From: Macrostomum lignano
Lineage: Eukaryota
DNA length: 64,000 nt
NCBI GenBank assembly: GCA_002269645.1
Contig: NIVC01003726.1
Location: 1-64,000, forward strand
Direction of reading: 5' to 3'
A program made the position numbers and the translations under genes. Below, in pieces: positions 44,404 to 55,483 of the stretch. Position 1 is the stretch's first letter, and the number at the start of each line of letters is the position of its first letter. Under the pieces are notes generated by a model. That model was not told where the DNA came from, did no database searches, and worked only from the letters and a program-made list of their open reading frames with translations.

Positions 44404-44943
44404 CAGTGTTCGGAGTGGGGGGTCCTGCAATTTTTTGCGCCTGAGGTAAATTTTTGCGCCTATGAGTATGCCTAGGGGCGCAGTCTACTGAAAACAACAG
44501 GTAAATCCCGGTAGTGTTCAAATTTTAGCCCTTAAAAGTATTTTCAGTGCCTAAGTTCCTGTACTAATTTCCACAGCACATTTTATATAAACAAAAATAA
44601 ATCCACAGCTGGAAAAACGCAAAAATGATCGCAGGCAAGGACTCCATCATTTAACCCACATCCTAAACATGTGCCTGACTACATTGCATAGCACACAGTA
44701 GAATAGGCAATATATTGTACCGGAAAACAGCACTGACTTGCCTTGCATACTAATATTGGAGAATAAACCACCCAACAAATTGGAACAACGTTGCGTTGTG
44801 CGCCATTGAGGAGCCAAAAAATGTAAAGATTTGCGCCATTGAGGAGCCAAAAAATTCACGCCATGGCTTCAGAATTCGCGGATTCGCGCCTGTCCGAGCC
44901 ATTTTCGCGCCAAGCACGAATTTGCTCCACGCTCTGAACACTG
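44404..44943. mobile_element. hAT-like MITE, 540 bp
   Basis: TIR CAGTGTTCGGAGTG versus CAGTGTTCAGAGCG (rc of right end), 8-bp TSD AAGATACT at 44396-44403 and 44944-44951, and subterminal TTTTTGCGCC and GCGCCATTGAGGAGCCAAAAAA repeats. Confidence 0.8.
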
Positions 44944-45476
44944 AAGATACTTTGGTGACAAGAAGACCCTATTGGTGATAGCCATTGCAGTTTCAAACAT
45001 AAAATTATCTTGCCAATCTTGCATTGATTTATTTAATTCTGTTTATTTACTTTATAGAGTTACAATCTATTGTATTTATTTTACCTTTTCTAAACCCTAT
45101 TGTTTTTCTTGTGATACTGATAGGCATTTTATGATTGATAAAAAATCTAATATAGCCAAAATGGCCAAAACCTTTGCAACAAAGCCTAAAGTCTGTCTTA
45201 GGCCTAAAATGCATAGAAAGACCATAGAAAAACATTTTTTGCCATTTTTGCTATAACCAATGCCTTTAATTCCTTTTTCTTATAGTAAAAATAATTTACT
45301 ATATTAAAAGTTGTTTCAAAGCAAAGCAAAGCAAAAGTTTTTTCTCAATGACAAAAAGTCCATTTAGAATTAAAGTCAACAGTGGTAGAAAATTGACTAG
45401 CTAGGTTTACTTTTGAAATAAGATAGAAAAAATATTGTAGTATATGATTAGGGATTAAATTAGTAAGTAGCTATAG

Positions 45477-45741
45477 CATACATGCGCAACAGTCGGCCGA
45501 TTTGGTGGCCAACCTTGGAAGTCGCAAAAATGCCCACCCAAAAAACACCAAGTAGTAGTACTAAGTAGCTGACGAGGCATTTTTGCTTTGTAAGACACTC
45601 ATAGTTATTCCTGCCATTTACCCAAAGTTGCGTTAATTGCGTTTTTTACATGTAAGTCGCATTTTTGGCCAACAACTACGTCGCATTTTTGTTAAAACTA
45701 AGTTGCACGGCCGACCGAATTTTGAAGGTCGCGCATGTATG
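45477..45741. mobile_element. MITE with 8-bp TSD (P- or hAT-like), 265 bp
   Basis: TIR CATACATGCGCAAC versus CATACATGCGCGAC; TSD AGCTATAG at 45469-45476 and 45742-45749. Confidence 0.8.
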
Positions 45742-45789
45742 AGCTATAGCCATAATTATAATGTTACTACTAGATGGGTTATACAGGCT

Positions 45790-47182
45790 GATATCTGGTT
45801 TATTACAGAGCAATCTTTGATATCTGGTTTATTACAGAGCAATCTTTGATATCTGGTTTATTACAGAGCAATCTTTGATATCTGGTTTATTACAGAGCAA
45901 TCTTTGATATCTGGTTTATTACAGAGCAATCTTTGATATCTGGTTTATTGCAGAGCAGTCTTTGATATCTGGTTTATTGCAGAGCAATCTTTGATATCTG
46001 GTTTATTACAGTGCAATCTTTGATATCTGGTTTATTACAGAGCAATCTTTGATATCTGGTTTATTACAGAGCAATCTTTGATATCTGGTTTATTACAGAG
46101 CAATCTTTGATATCTGGTTTATTACAGTGCAATCTTTGATATCTGGTTTATTACAGAGCAATCTTTGATATCTGGTTTATTACAGAGCAATCTTTGATAT
46201 CTGGTTTATTACAGAGCAGTCTTTGATATCTGGTTTATTACAGAGCAATCTTTGATATCTGGTTTATTACAGAGCAATCTTTGATATCTGGTTTATTACA
46301 GAGCAATCTTTGATATCTGGTTTATTACAGAGCAATCTTTGATATCTAGTTTATTACAGAGCAATCTTTGATATCTGGTTTATTACAGAGCAATCTTTGA
46401 TATCTTGTTTATTACAGAGCAGTCTTTGATATCTGGTTTATTACAGAGCAGTCTTTGATATCTGGTTTATTACAGAGCAATCTTTGATATCTGGTTTATT
46501 ACAGAGCAATCTTTGATATCTGGTTTATTACAGAGCAATCTTTGATATCTGGTTTATTACAGAGCAATCTTTGATATCTGGTTTATTACAGAGCAATCTT
46601 TGATATCTGGTTTATTACAGAGCAATCTTTGATATCTGGTTTATTACAGAGCAATCTTTGATATCTGGTTTATTACAGAGCAATCTTTGATATCTGGTTT
46701 ATTACAGAGCAGTCTTTGATATCTGGTTTATTACAGAGCAGTCTTTGATATCTGGTTTATTACAGAGCAATCTTTGATATCTGGTTTATTACAGAGCAAT
46801 CTTTGATATCTGGTTTATTACAGAGCAGTCTTTGATATCTGGTTTATTACAGAGCAGTCTTTGATATCTGGTTTATTACAGAGCAATCTTTGATATCTGG
46901 TTTATTACAGAGCAATCTTTGATATCTGGTTTATTACAGAGCAATCTTTGATATCTGGTTTATTACAGAGCAATCTTTGATATCTGGTTTATTACAGAGC
47001 AATCTTTGATATCTGGTTTATTACAGAGCAATCTTTGATATCTGGTTTATTACAGAGCAATCTTTGATATCTGGTTTATTACAGAGGAATCTTTGATATC
47101 TGGTTTATTACAGAGCAATCTTTGATATCTGGTTTATTACAGAGCAATCTTTGATATCTGGTTTATTAATGAGCAATCTTTG
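45790..47182 (+). repeat. 29-bp minisatellite, about 48 copies, ending just before the RBM33-like ATG
   Basis: (GATATCTGGTTTATTACAGAGCAATCTTT)n. Confidence 0.97.
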
Positions 47183-47190
47183 AAAATTGA

Positions 47191-49625
47191 ATGTCTCGCT
47201 ATCGCTACGCCAACGATCTGGATCTTGAGCCAGACGATATTGATGATGATGACGAAGAATTCGTTCTAGAACATCGAGTTGGCCTGACAGCATCGGCTGC
47301 TACTGCCAGTGGCGGAACTAATAGCGATGTTGGTCGCTACCAGCTCACAGAAGAGGATGAAGAACAGCTGCTGGGCAGCGATGCGGAGTCTTGCGACGGA
47401 ACGGCTGCTCCGGCTGCAACTGCCCAGCTGATAGGCAGTCTTAATAGCGTCGACAACGACAATAGTAATACTAATAATAATAATAGTAACCAAACTGAAA
47501 GCAGCGATAATAATGATAATAATAATGCCGACGGAGTCGATCTACACGACGAAGACGATCCCGACGCTATTGTTGTCGGCGTTGATATCGACGACGACGA
47601 TGTCGATGATCTGTTGCAACTCTCCGCTAGCGAAGACGATATTGACGACGAAGCGCCTGCCGCCCAGCCTGCCGCTGCTCGGTCGCCCATTGCCGTCAAG
47701 CGGAAAGCATCCTCGCCGATGCCGCCGCCGACTGCCCCGCCTCAGCCAGCGGTATCAGTCGCCAACGTCAGCATCGGCAGCAGCTCCAAGGCTTCAATAA
47801 TTAATTCACCCGAATTACTGACTAAAAACGGCATAGTAACCATCAAGCGTCCAGAATTGCCAAAGCCGCTTGCACACAGTCAGCAGTCGAGTTCGTCTGC
47901 CAGCGCTCAGCTACCAGTAGACGATGACTACGAGCGACGCTACGAAGAATTAAAAGAGAAGCAAGCTCGAATCCGGCGCATGATACAGAATAAGAAAGAG
48001 CAGAATAGGCTGGCTCGGGTTGGAGCGGCTGCTCCTAAGCCTCAGCAGCCTCAGGCTCAGCCACCGCAGGCGCCTCAGCAGCGGCAGAATCAGATTCGAC
48101 CTTCAACTGGTCCCGCTGGTCCCCGCGCTGGAATAGCGGCCCGGGCGCCAATAGCCGCTGTTCCGACAAAGCCTTTGATGCAGCAGCAGCAGCAGAGGCC
48201 TGTGCGACCTCCATTTGTACCGCCGCAGCAGCAGCGGCCATTTGTTCAAAGAGCCGCTCCGGCCGCAACCAGTCTGCTGCAGCAGCAGCATCGCGGCCAG
48301 CTGCCCCGACAGGCTCCAATCAATTCGCTGTTTAACAATCACCAGCTCAGGCAGCCGATGCCCAACCAGCAGCAGCAACTGTTCATGCCGGCCTTCTCAA
48401 TGTCATCGATTACATCATCGGTTGTCGCCAATGTTGTCGCTTCCGCCGTGTCAGCCGGCGTTGCTCACGGTCGTCGGTCTGTTCGCATCGCCAACTGTCC
48501 GCCTGGCACCGGGCCTAACGATTTAAAAGTCTATACTGAGCTGGTGGGGCCTGTGCAGGTACGCATGGTTGAGTTCTTGTGCTGCTGTCTCTTGTTTTCT
48601 GTGCTTCAAAGTGTGCTGAGTAGTTAATGGGGTGGCTAAGAGCGTAGCCGAGTGTCTATTAATGTAGCTTAAGGGGTAGCTAAGTGTCTATAATGTAGCT
48701 GAAGGGGTAGCTGAGTGTCTATAGATGTAGCTAAAGGGGTAGCTGAGTGTCTATAGATGTAGCTGAAGGGGTAGCTGAGTGTCTATTAATGTAGCTGAAG
48801 GGGTAGTTGAGTGTCTATAGATGTAGCTGAAGGGGTAGCTGAGTGTCTATAGATGTAGCTGAAGAGGTAGCTGAGTGTCTATAGATGTAGCTAAAGGGGT
48901 AGCTGAGTGTCTATAGATGTAGCTGAAGGGGTAGCTGAGTGTCTATAGATGTAGCTGAAGGGGTAGCTGAGTATCTATTGATGTAGCTGAAGGGGTAGCT
49001 GAGTGTCTATAGATGTAGCTGAAGGGGTAGCTGAGTGTCTATAGATGTAGCTTAAGGGATAGCTGAGTGTCTATAGATGTAGCTGAAGGGGTAGCTGAGT
49101 GTCTATAGATGTAGCTGAAGGGGTAGCTGAGTGTCTATAGATGTAGCTGAAGGGGTAGCTGAGTGTCTATAGATGTAGCTGAAGGGGTAGCTGAGTGTCT
49201 ATAGATGTAGCTGAAGGGGTAGCTGAGTGTCTATAGATGTAGCTTAAGGGATAGCTGAGTGTCTATAGATGTAGCTGAAGGGGTAGCTGAGTGTCTATAG
49301 ATGTAGCTGAAGGGGTAGCTGAGTCGGACTGTCTACCTCTGAGGTGCGCGCCTGCACACCGGACTGAAACTGGGCCAGTTACTAACTAAGCTAAGCCTCC
49401 GAAACCCTCAGAACTGCCAAGTGTACCCCAACAATGGCCAGGCTTACATCACATTCTGCTATCCTGAGCATGCGCAAGAGTTTCTTCAGAGATTCAATCG
49501 GTAATTGATGAGAATATTTATATTTGTTCTCTCAAAGATTGCATTGTACTTACAAATTTCATTACTCCTTTGTTTCTTTCAGAGCGCACCTGAAAGGCTA
49601 CCAACTGCAGCTGACCCTATGCTAA
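47191..49625 (+). CDS. RBM33: RBM33-like RNA-binding protein: acidic N-terminus, coiled coil, Q/P-rich region and C-terminal RRM, 499 aa
   Basis: Exons 47191-48558, 49412-49500 and 49583-49625. The C-terminal RRM SVRIANCPPGT...VGPVQNCQVYPNNGQAYITFCYPEHAQEFLQRFNRAHLKGYQLQLTLC and the overall architecture resemble RBM33. The gene model is solid; orthology is less certain. Confidence 0.8.
48650..49325 (+). repeat. 32-bp intronic minisatellite
   Basis: (GTAGCTGAGTGTCTATAGATGTAGCTGAAGGG)n. Confidence 0.95.
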
Positions 49626-50214
49626 ATAATTAACTTATTTCATCTGAACCATTTGCTTATTGTCCTGATTTGTTTTAATCAACTCTTTATCCTGTTTTGC
49701 TATAAATAACGTTTTGTTAATTTCTTTTCAAACACAATCTTCCCTAGTCTTGGTGTTCAGTGACTGAGCCGCGATTAATATATAATATTATATATTTTAC
49801 ATGTAAAATACTCATTTTCTTTCCAGGAAATTAAGAGAACAAAAAATTCTGGAAAAACTAAATAGAAAACAAATCAACTTTAACAGAAGTACATCGCATA
49901 AAAGTACTTTCTTTTGCTGTTGTATCGCGTGTCGCTCTGTCTAAATATTTGTCAGTTTCTGCTAAAGTTCCAAAATTTCTTATGTGCCGCTTTCAGTAGC
50001 TTGTGTGCGAATAAAGGCGTTTTTTGCTTGCTGTTATCCGTTTGAAGCCATCATCTAATTTGCATATAGCTGGTCTCAATAATAATTTAAACTACTGGTA
50101 AATGTTATTTGTTTTAATGATACTTTTAAACGTAGGTTTTTATAGGGAGTTTGTAGGTTTCTATAGGACTGAAATTTGGCGTTTGGCTGTCTTGTTAGTA
50201 ATTTCTTGGGGTAT

Positions 50215-52476
50215 TGTCTGGTTGTAAAGTAGGGAATTATCTGGTTGTAAACTGGGGAATTATCAGGTTGTAAACCGGGTAATTATTTGGTTGTAAACTG
50301 GGGAATTTATCTGGTTGTAAAGTAGGGAATTATCGGGTTGTAAACTGGGGAATTATCAGGTTGTAAACCGGGTAATTATTTGGTTGTAATCTGGGGAATT
50401 TATCTGGTTGTAAACAGGGGAATTATCGGGTTATAAACTGGGGAATTATCAGGTTGTAAACCGGGTAATTATTTGGTTGTAAACTGGGGAATTATCAGGT
50501 TGTAAACCGGGTAATTATTTGGTTGTAATCTGGGGAATTTATCTGGTTGTAAACAGGGGAATTATCGGGTTATAAACTGGGGAATTATCAGGTTGTAAAC
50601 CGGGTAATTATTTGGTTGTAAACTGGGGAATTATCGGGTTGTAATCTGGGGAATTATCAGTTTGTAAACCGGGTAATTATCTGGTTGTAAACAGGGGAAT
50701 TATCTGGTTGTAAACTGGGGAATTATCAGGTTGTAAACCGGGGAATTATCAGGTTGTAAACCGGGGAATTATCTGGTTGTAAACAGGGAAATTATCTGGT
50801 TGTAAACAGGGGAATTATCTGGTTGTAAAGTGGGTAATTATCGGGTTGTAAACAGGGTAATTGTCTGATTGTAAACTGGGTAATTTTCTGATTGTAAACT
50901 GGGTAATTTTCTGATTGTAAACTGGGTAATTTTCTGATTGTAAACTGGGTAATTGTCTGATTGTAAACTGGGTAATTGTCTGATTGTAAACTGGGTAATT
51001 GTCTGATTGTAAACTGGGTAATTGTCTGATTGTAAACTGGGTAATTGTCTGATTGTAAACTGGGTAATTGTCTGATTGTAAACTGGGTAATTGTCTGATT
51101 GTAAACTGGGTAATTTTCTGATTGTAAACTGGGTAATTTTCTGATTGTAAACTGGGTAATTTTCTGATTGTAAACTGGGTAATTTTCTGATTGTAAACTG
51201 GGTAATTTTCTGATTGTAAACTGGGTAATTTTCTGGTTGTAAGCTGGTGAATTGTGTATTTGTAAAATAAACAATTTTCCTGTTAACCTGTTCTAAAAGT
51301 TTGCTCAGATAGTTAATCATATTCCTACCCAACTTTTTATTGGCATTGTTTAGGTCCAACTTTTTTAAAATCATCGCTCACTATTAGCTGCTTTTAGTAG
51401 TATGATAAACTGTCTTTAACTTGTTTAATCAGCAATATTTTCCTGTACTTTTATTTAGTATGTATTTTTCATTCAATACTGTGCATTTTAACAAGCAGTT
51501 TTTATAGGCTTTTGTAGGCTTCTATAGGACTAAAATTTGTCTCTTGGTTGTGAGAGTGGCGTTTGGCTGTCTTGTTAGTAATTTCCTGTGGAATTGTCTG
51601 GCTGTAAACTGGAATCATCTAATTGTAAACTGGGGAATCGTCTGGTTTAAAACTGGGGAATTATCAAGCTGTAGACTGGGCAATTATCGGGTTGTAAACC
51701 GGGGAATTATCGGGCTGTAAACCGGCGGGGAATTATCGGGTTGTAAACCGGGGAATCGTCTGGCTGTAAGCTGGGGAATTATCTGGTTGTAAACCGGGGA
51801 ATTATCGGGTTGTAAACCGGGGAAGGATCGGGTTGTAAACGAGGGAATTATCGGGTTGTAAGCGAGGGAATTATCGGGTTGTAAACCGGGGAATTATCGG
51901 GTTGTAAAACGGGGAATTATCGGGTTGTAAACCGGGGAATTATCGGGCTGTAAACCGGCGGGGAATTATCGGGTTGTAAACCGGGGAATTATCGGGTTGT
52001 AAACCGGGGAATTATCGGGCTGTAAACCGGCGGGGAATTATCGGGTTGTAAACCGGGGAATCGTCTGGCTGTAAGCTGGGGAATTATCTGGTTGTAAACC
52101 GGGGAATTATCGGGTTGTAAACCGGGGAAGGATCGGGTTGTAAACGAGGGAATTATCGGGTTGTAAACCGGGGAAGGATCGGGTTGTAAACGAGGGAATT
52201 ATCGGGTTGTAAAACGGGGAATTATCGGGTTGTAAACCGGGGAATTATCGGGTTGTAAACCGGCGGGGAATTATCGGGTTGTAAACCGGGGAATTATCGG
52301 GTTGTAAACCGGGGAATTATCGGGTTGTAAACCGGGGAATTATTGGGTTGTAAACCGGGGAATTATCGGGTTGTAAACCGGGGAATTATCGGGTTGTAAA
52401 CCGGGGAATTATCGGGTTGTAAACCGGCGGGGAATTATCGGGTTGTAAACCGGGGAATTATCGGGTTGTAAACCGG
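50215..52476 (+). repeat. Two related approximately 21-23-bp arrays (50215-51245 and 51595-52476) inside a tandem duplication
   Basis: GGTTGTAAAC(T/C)GGG(G)AATT(A/G)TC units; the unique flanks are also duplicated. Confidence 0.9.
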
Positions 52477-53024
52477 GGGATGTTAAGCTGTTCAGAAGTT
52501 TACACAAATGCTTCTACCCTTGAATTTTATTGATATTACTTTTTTCTACTGTAAGATTTTTAATTATGCTGCAAATTATCGTCACTCACTACCAGCTGTT
52601 TTCAGTAGTATGAAAACCTGTCTTTAACATGTCAAATCAGCAATATTTTCCTGTACTCACGAGCTTATAATCTGGCATGCATTTTTCATTTAATCCTCCT
52701 GTGCATTTTGAACAGCAATTTTTTTCAAGTTCGCTGCATTTCTCTTATTTTTTCTTAAGTTTCCCGTTTTCAGGTTCTCTTTTAGGTCCGGCCGAGCTGT
52801 ACTGATCCTGACCCAACGGCCCACTGACAGGCTGAAGGTAGGTCATTCTTTATTTATTCATTTTTTTACTAGTAAATGTATTAATAAATAATAGCTAATA
52901 TTATTTTTTTAGGCTCTTATGTGCGAATCGGAAATTATTATAGGACATTCTATCCTGTTCTGCAATGCGAGCGCGCCTCTGTGTGCTTTGTAAGTAACCG
53001 ATTTTTATTTCAATTGGGCTCACA

Positions 53025-54535
53025 CTTCTCTACCTGACCCTGAGAATCTCACTTTTCTCTTCTACCTGATCCTGAGAATCTCACTCCTCTCACTTCTACC
53101 TGACCCTGAGAATCTCACTTTTCTCTTCTACCTGATCCTGAGAATCTCACCTCTCACTTCTACCCGACCCTGAGAATCTCACTTTTCTCTTCTACCTGAT
53201 CCTGTGAATCTCACTCCTCTCACTTCTACCTGACCCTGAGAATCTCACTCCTCTCACTTCTACCTGACCCTGAGAATCTCACTTTTCTCTTCTACCTGAC
53301 CCTGAGAATCTCACTCCTCTCACTTCTACCTGACCCTGAGAATCTCACTTTTCTCTTCTACCTGATCCTGAGAATCTCACCTCTCACTTCTACCTGACCC
53401 TGAGAATCTCACTTTTCTCTTCTACCTGATCCTGAGAATCTCACCTCTCACTTCTACCTGACCCTGAGAATCTCACTTTTCTCTTCTACCTAACCCTGAG
53501 AATCTCACCTCTCACTTCTACCTGACCCTGAGAATCTCACTTTTCTCTTCTACCTAACCCTGACAATCTCACTCTGCCCTTCTACCTGACCCTGAGAATC
53601 CCACCCCTCTCTTCTACCTGACCCCGAGAATCTCACCCTTCTTCATCGATCCGCCAGCTATTATCGTCAACAGTTTTATTACTTTCTCATATTTCAGGTG
53701 GCCACATCAAAGTAAAAATATTCGTTCGAATTCGATCGGCAACCGTGGAAGGTTTGCGACACGGCAGCTTAATTAGCAAGTGTTTGTTTACGGCTGAGCT
53801 TCATCAGGGACACTTCTAGAATAAGGCTGGGATTAGATACTAGGGACATAGGCTACATTGCTGTTGCGTGCTGCCTTGGCTAGTCAAAGGCTAACATGTA
53901 GCAGCATTTTTTAGTGCTCGTATTACCCGTATTAAAATCTATTTTATATGTGCTTTAAAATTAAAATAGGTGCTTTTCTCACCCTTCATTTATTTTATTA
54001 CGTCTATCTCATCCCTCATCTTTTTTACAGTGTCTATCTCATCTCCCATCTATTCTATGGGTGTCAATATCATCTCTTATCTACTCTATGGTGTCTTTCT
54101 CATCCCTCATCTACTCTATGGTGTCTTTCTCATCCCTCATCTACTCTATGGTGTCTTTATCATCCCTCATCTACTCTATGGTGTCTTTATCATCCCTCAT
54201 CTATTCTACGGTGTCTATCTCATTTCTCATCTATTCTATGGTGTCTATCTCATCTCTCATCTATTCTATGGTGTCAATCTTATTCCTAATCTATTTTATG
54301 GTGTCCATATCAGCTAATCTATTATATGGTGTCTATCTCATCCTTCATCTATTCCATGGTGTCTATCTCAGCTAATCTATTCTATGGTGTCTATCTTAGC
54401 TCATCTATTCTGTGGTGTCTATCTCAGCTCATCTATTCTATGGTGTCTAGCTCGCCTCTCATCTATTCTGTGGTAGCTCGTATCAAGCTATCCCTCATCT
54501 ATTCTAAGGTGTTTATCTCACCTCTCACAGCTGTT
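53025..54535 (+). repeat. About 32-35-bp (53025-53640) and 30-bp (53985-54535) minisatellites
   Basis: TTCTACCTGACCCTGAGAATCTCAC.. and CTCATCTACTCTATGGTGTCTTTCTCATCC units. Confidence 0.9.
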
Positions 54536-55483
54536 CTGTGCCTATCCGGCCAGTCGTCCATTCTAAGGTTTTATGTTCCTGTTATATGCATTGCTGATAC
54601 ATCATGCCAAGTTGTTATCTCGCACACGAATTAGCATCATTTTTTGGCCGTTTATTGACGGTGCTTGACATTCTGTCATTCAATGATCTCCGCTGTCTCG
54701 GGCATCATTGCTTTAGTAGCAATAAGCATTTGCTCAGCTGTTACTGTACTATTTTTGTTTAGGCAACAACAGCAAAGAATGCACAATATTCTTTGTAAAT
54801 ATCAGGTACACAATCTTAAGCATTTCTAATTTTTGTACTGAAGCAATACATGAAATGCAAATAAATACACAGATACGAAATATTGAGGCTCAAACTTTGT
54901 TTTGATAAAAATAACTCATATCGATTTTGAAAGCAAAACAAAAATCTTATGGCAGCTTTCTTCGCATTTCTTCCATCCTTTAAATAAGCTTCAACAGTTT
55001 GATGCGCTCAAACTACTTACATGTACATGCATAAGTAGGCATGCGGAGTATGAGCTTAGTTAAGTAATTTACTATTAAAATCTGAACGATACAAGGAGCT
55101 TAAGCAGCCGACTCCAGCAATATTGAGTATATTGGCAGCAATAAATTCATCAAAAAAACTTTTCGAATCGCCTGCCGTTATCTGCCTGCTCTCTGGTCAC
55201 GTTTTCAAAGCAACAAAAAGCACAGTTGCTGCCCCCGTTAATTAAATCGAACTGTCAGCAGGTAGCACACAGGCCTGCAGAAGTTGGTATCTTTGAAGCC
55301 GCTTGCAGCAAATATTGGCTCAGACATCTCTCGCATCGGTCCGTGCTCCAGCTGTTTGCGCTGAGACGCGGCTATTTAAGACAGCTCGCCATATTGCAAA
55401 GCTGCTCTGCACCTGCCTTCAGCGCTTAGCCTTTGTGTCACAGTTGCATCGCTTCCAACCAACAGATTCGCTACAGCGCAGTT

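Noticed and set aside
50792-51374. YPVYNQKITQF / QFTIRKLPSLQ repeat ORFs
   Set aside because: Translation of the 21-bp array on the minus strand.
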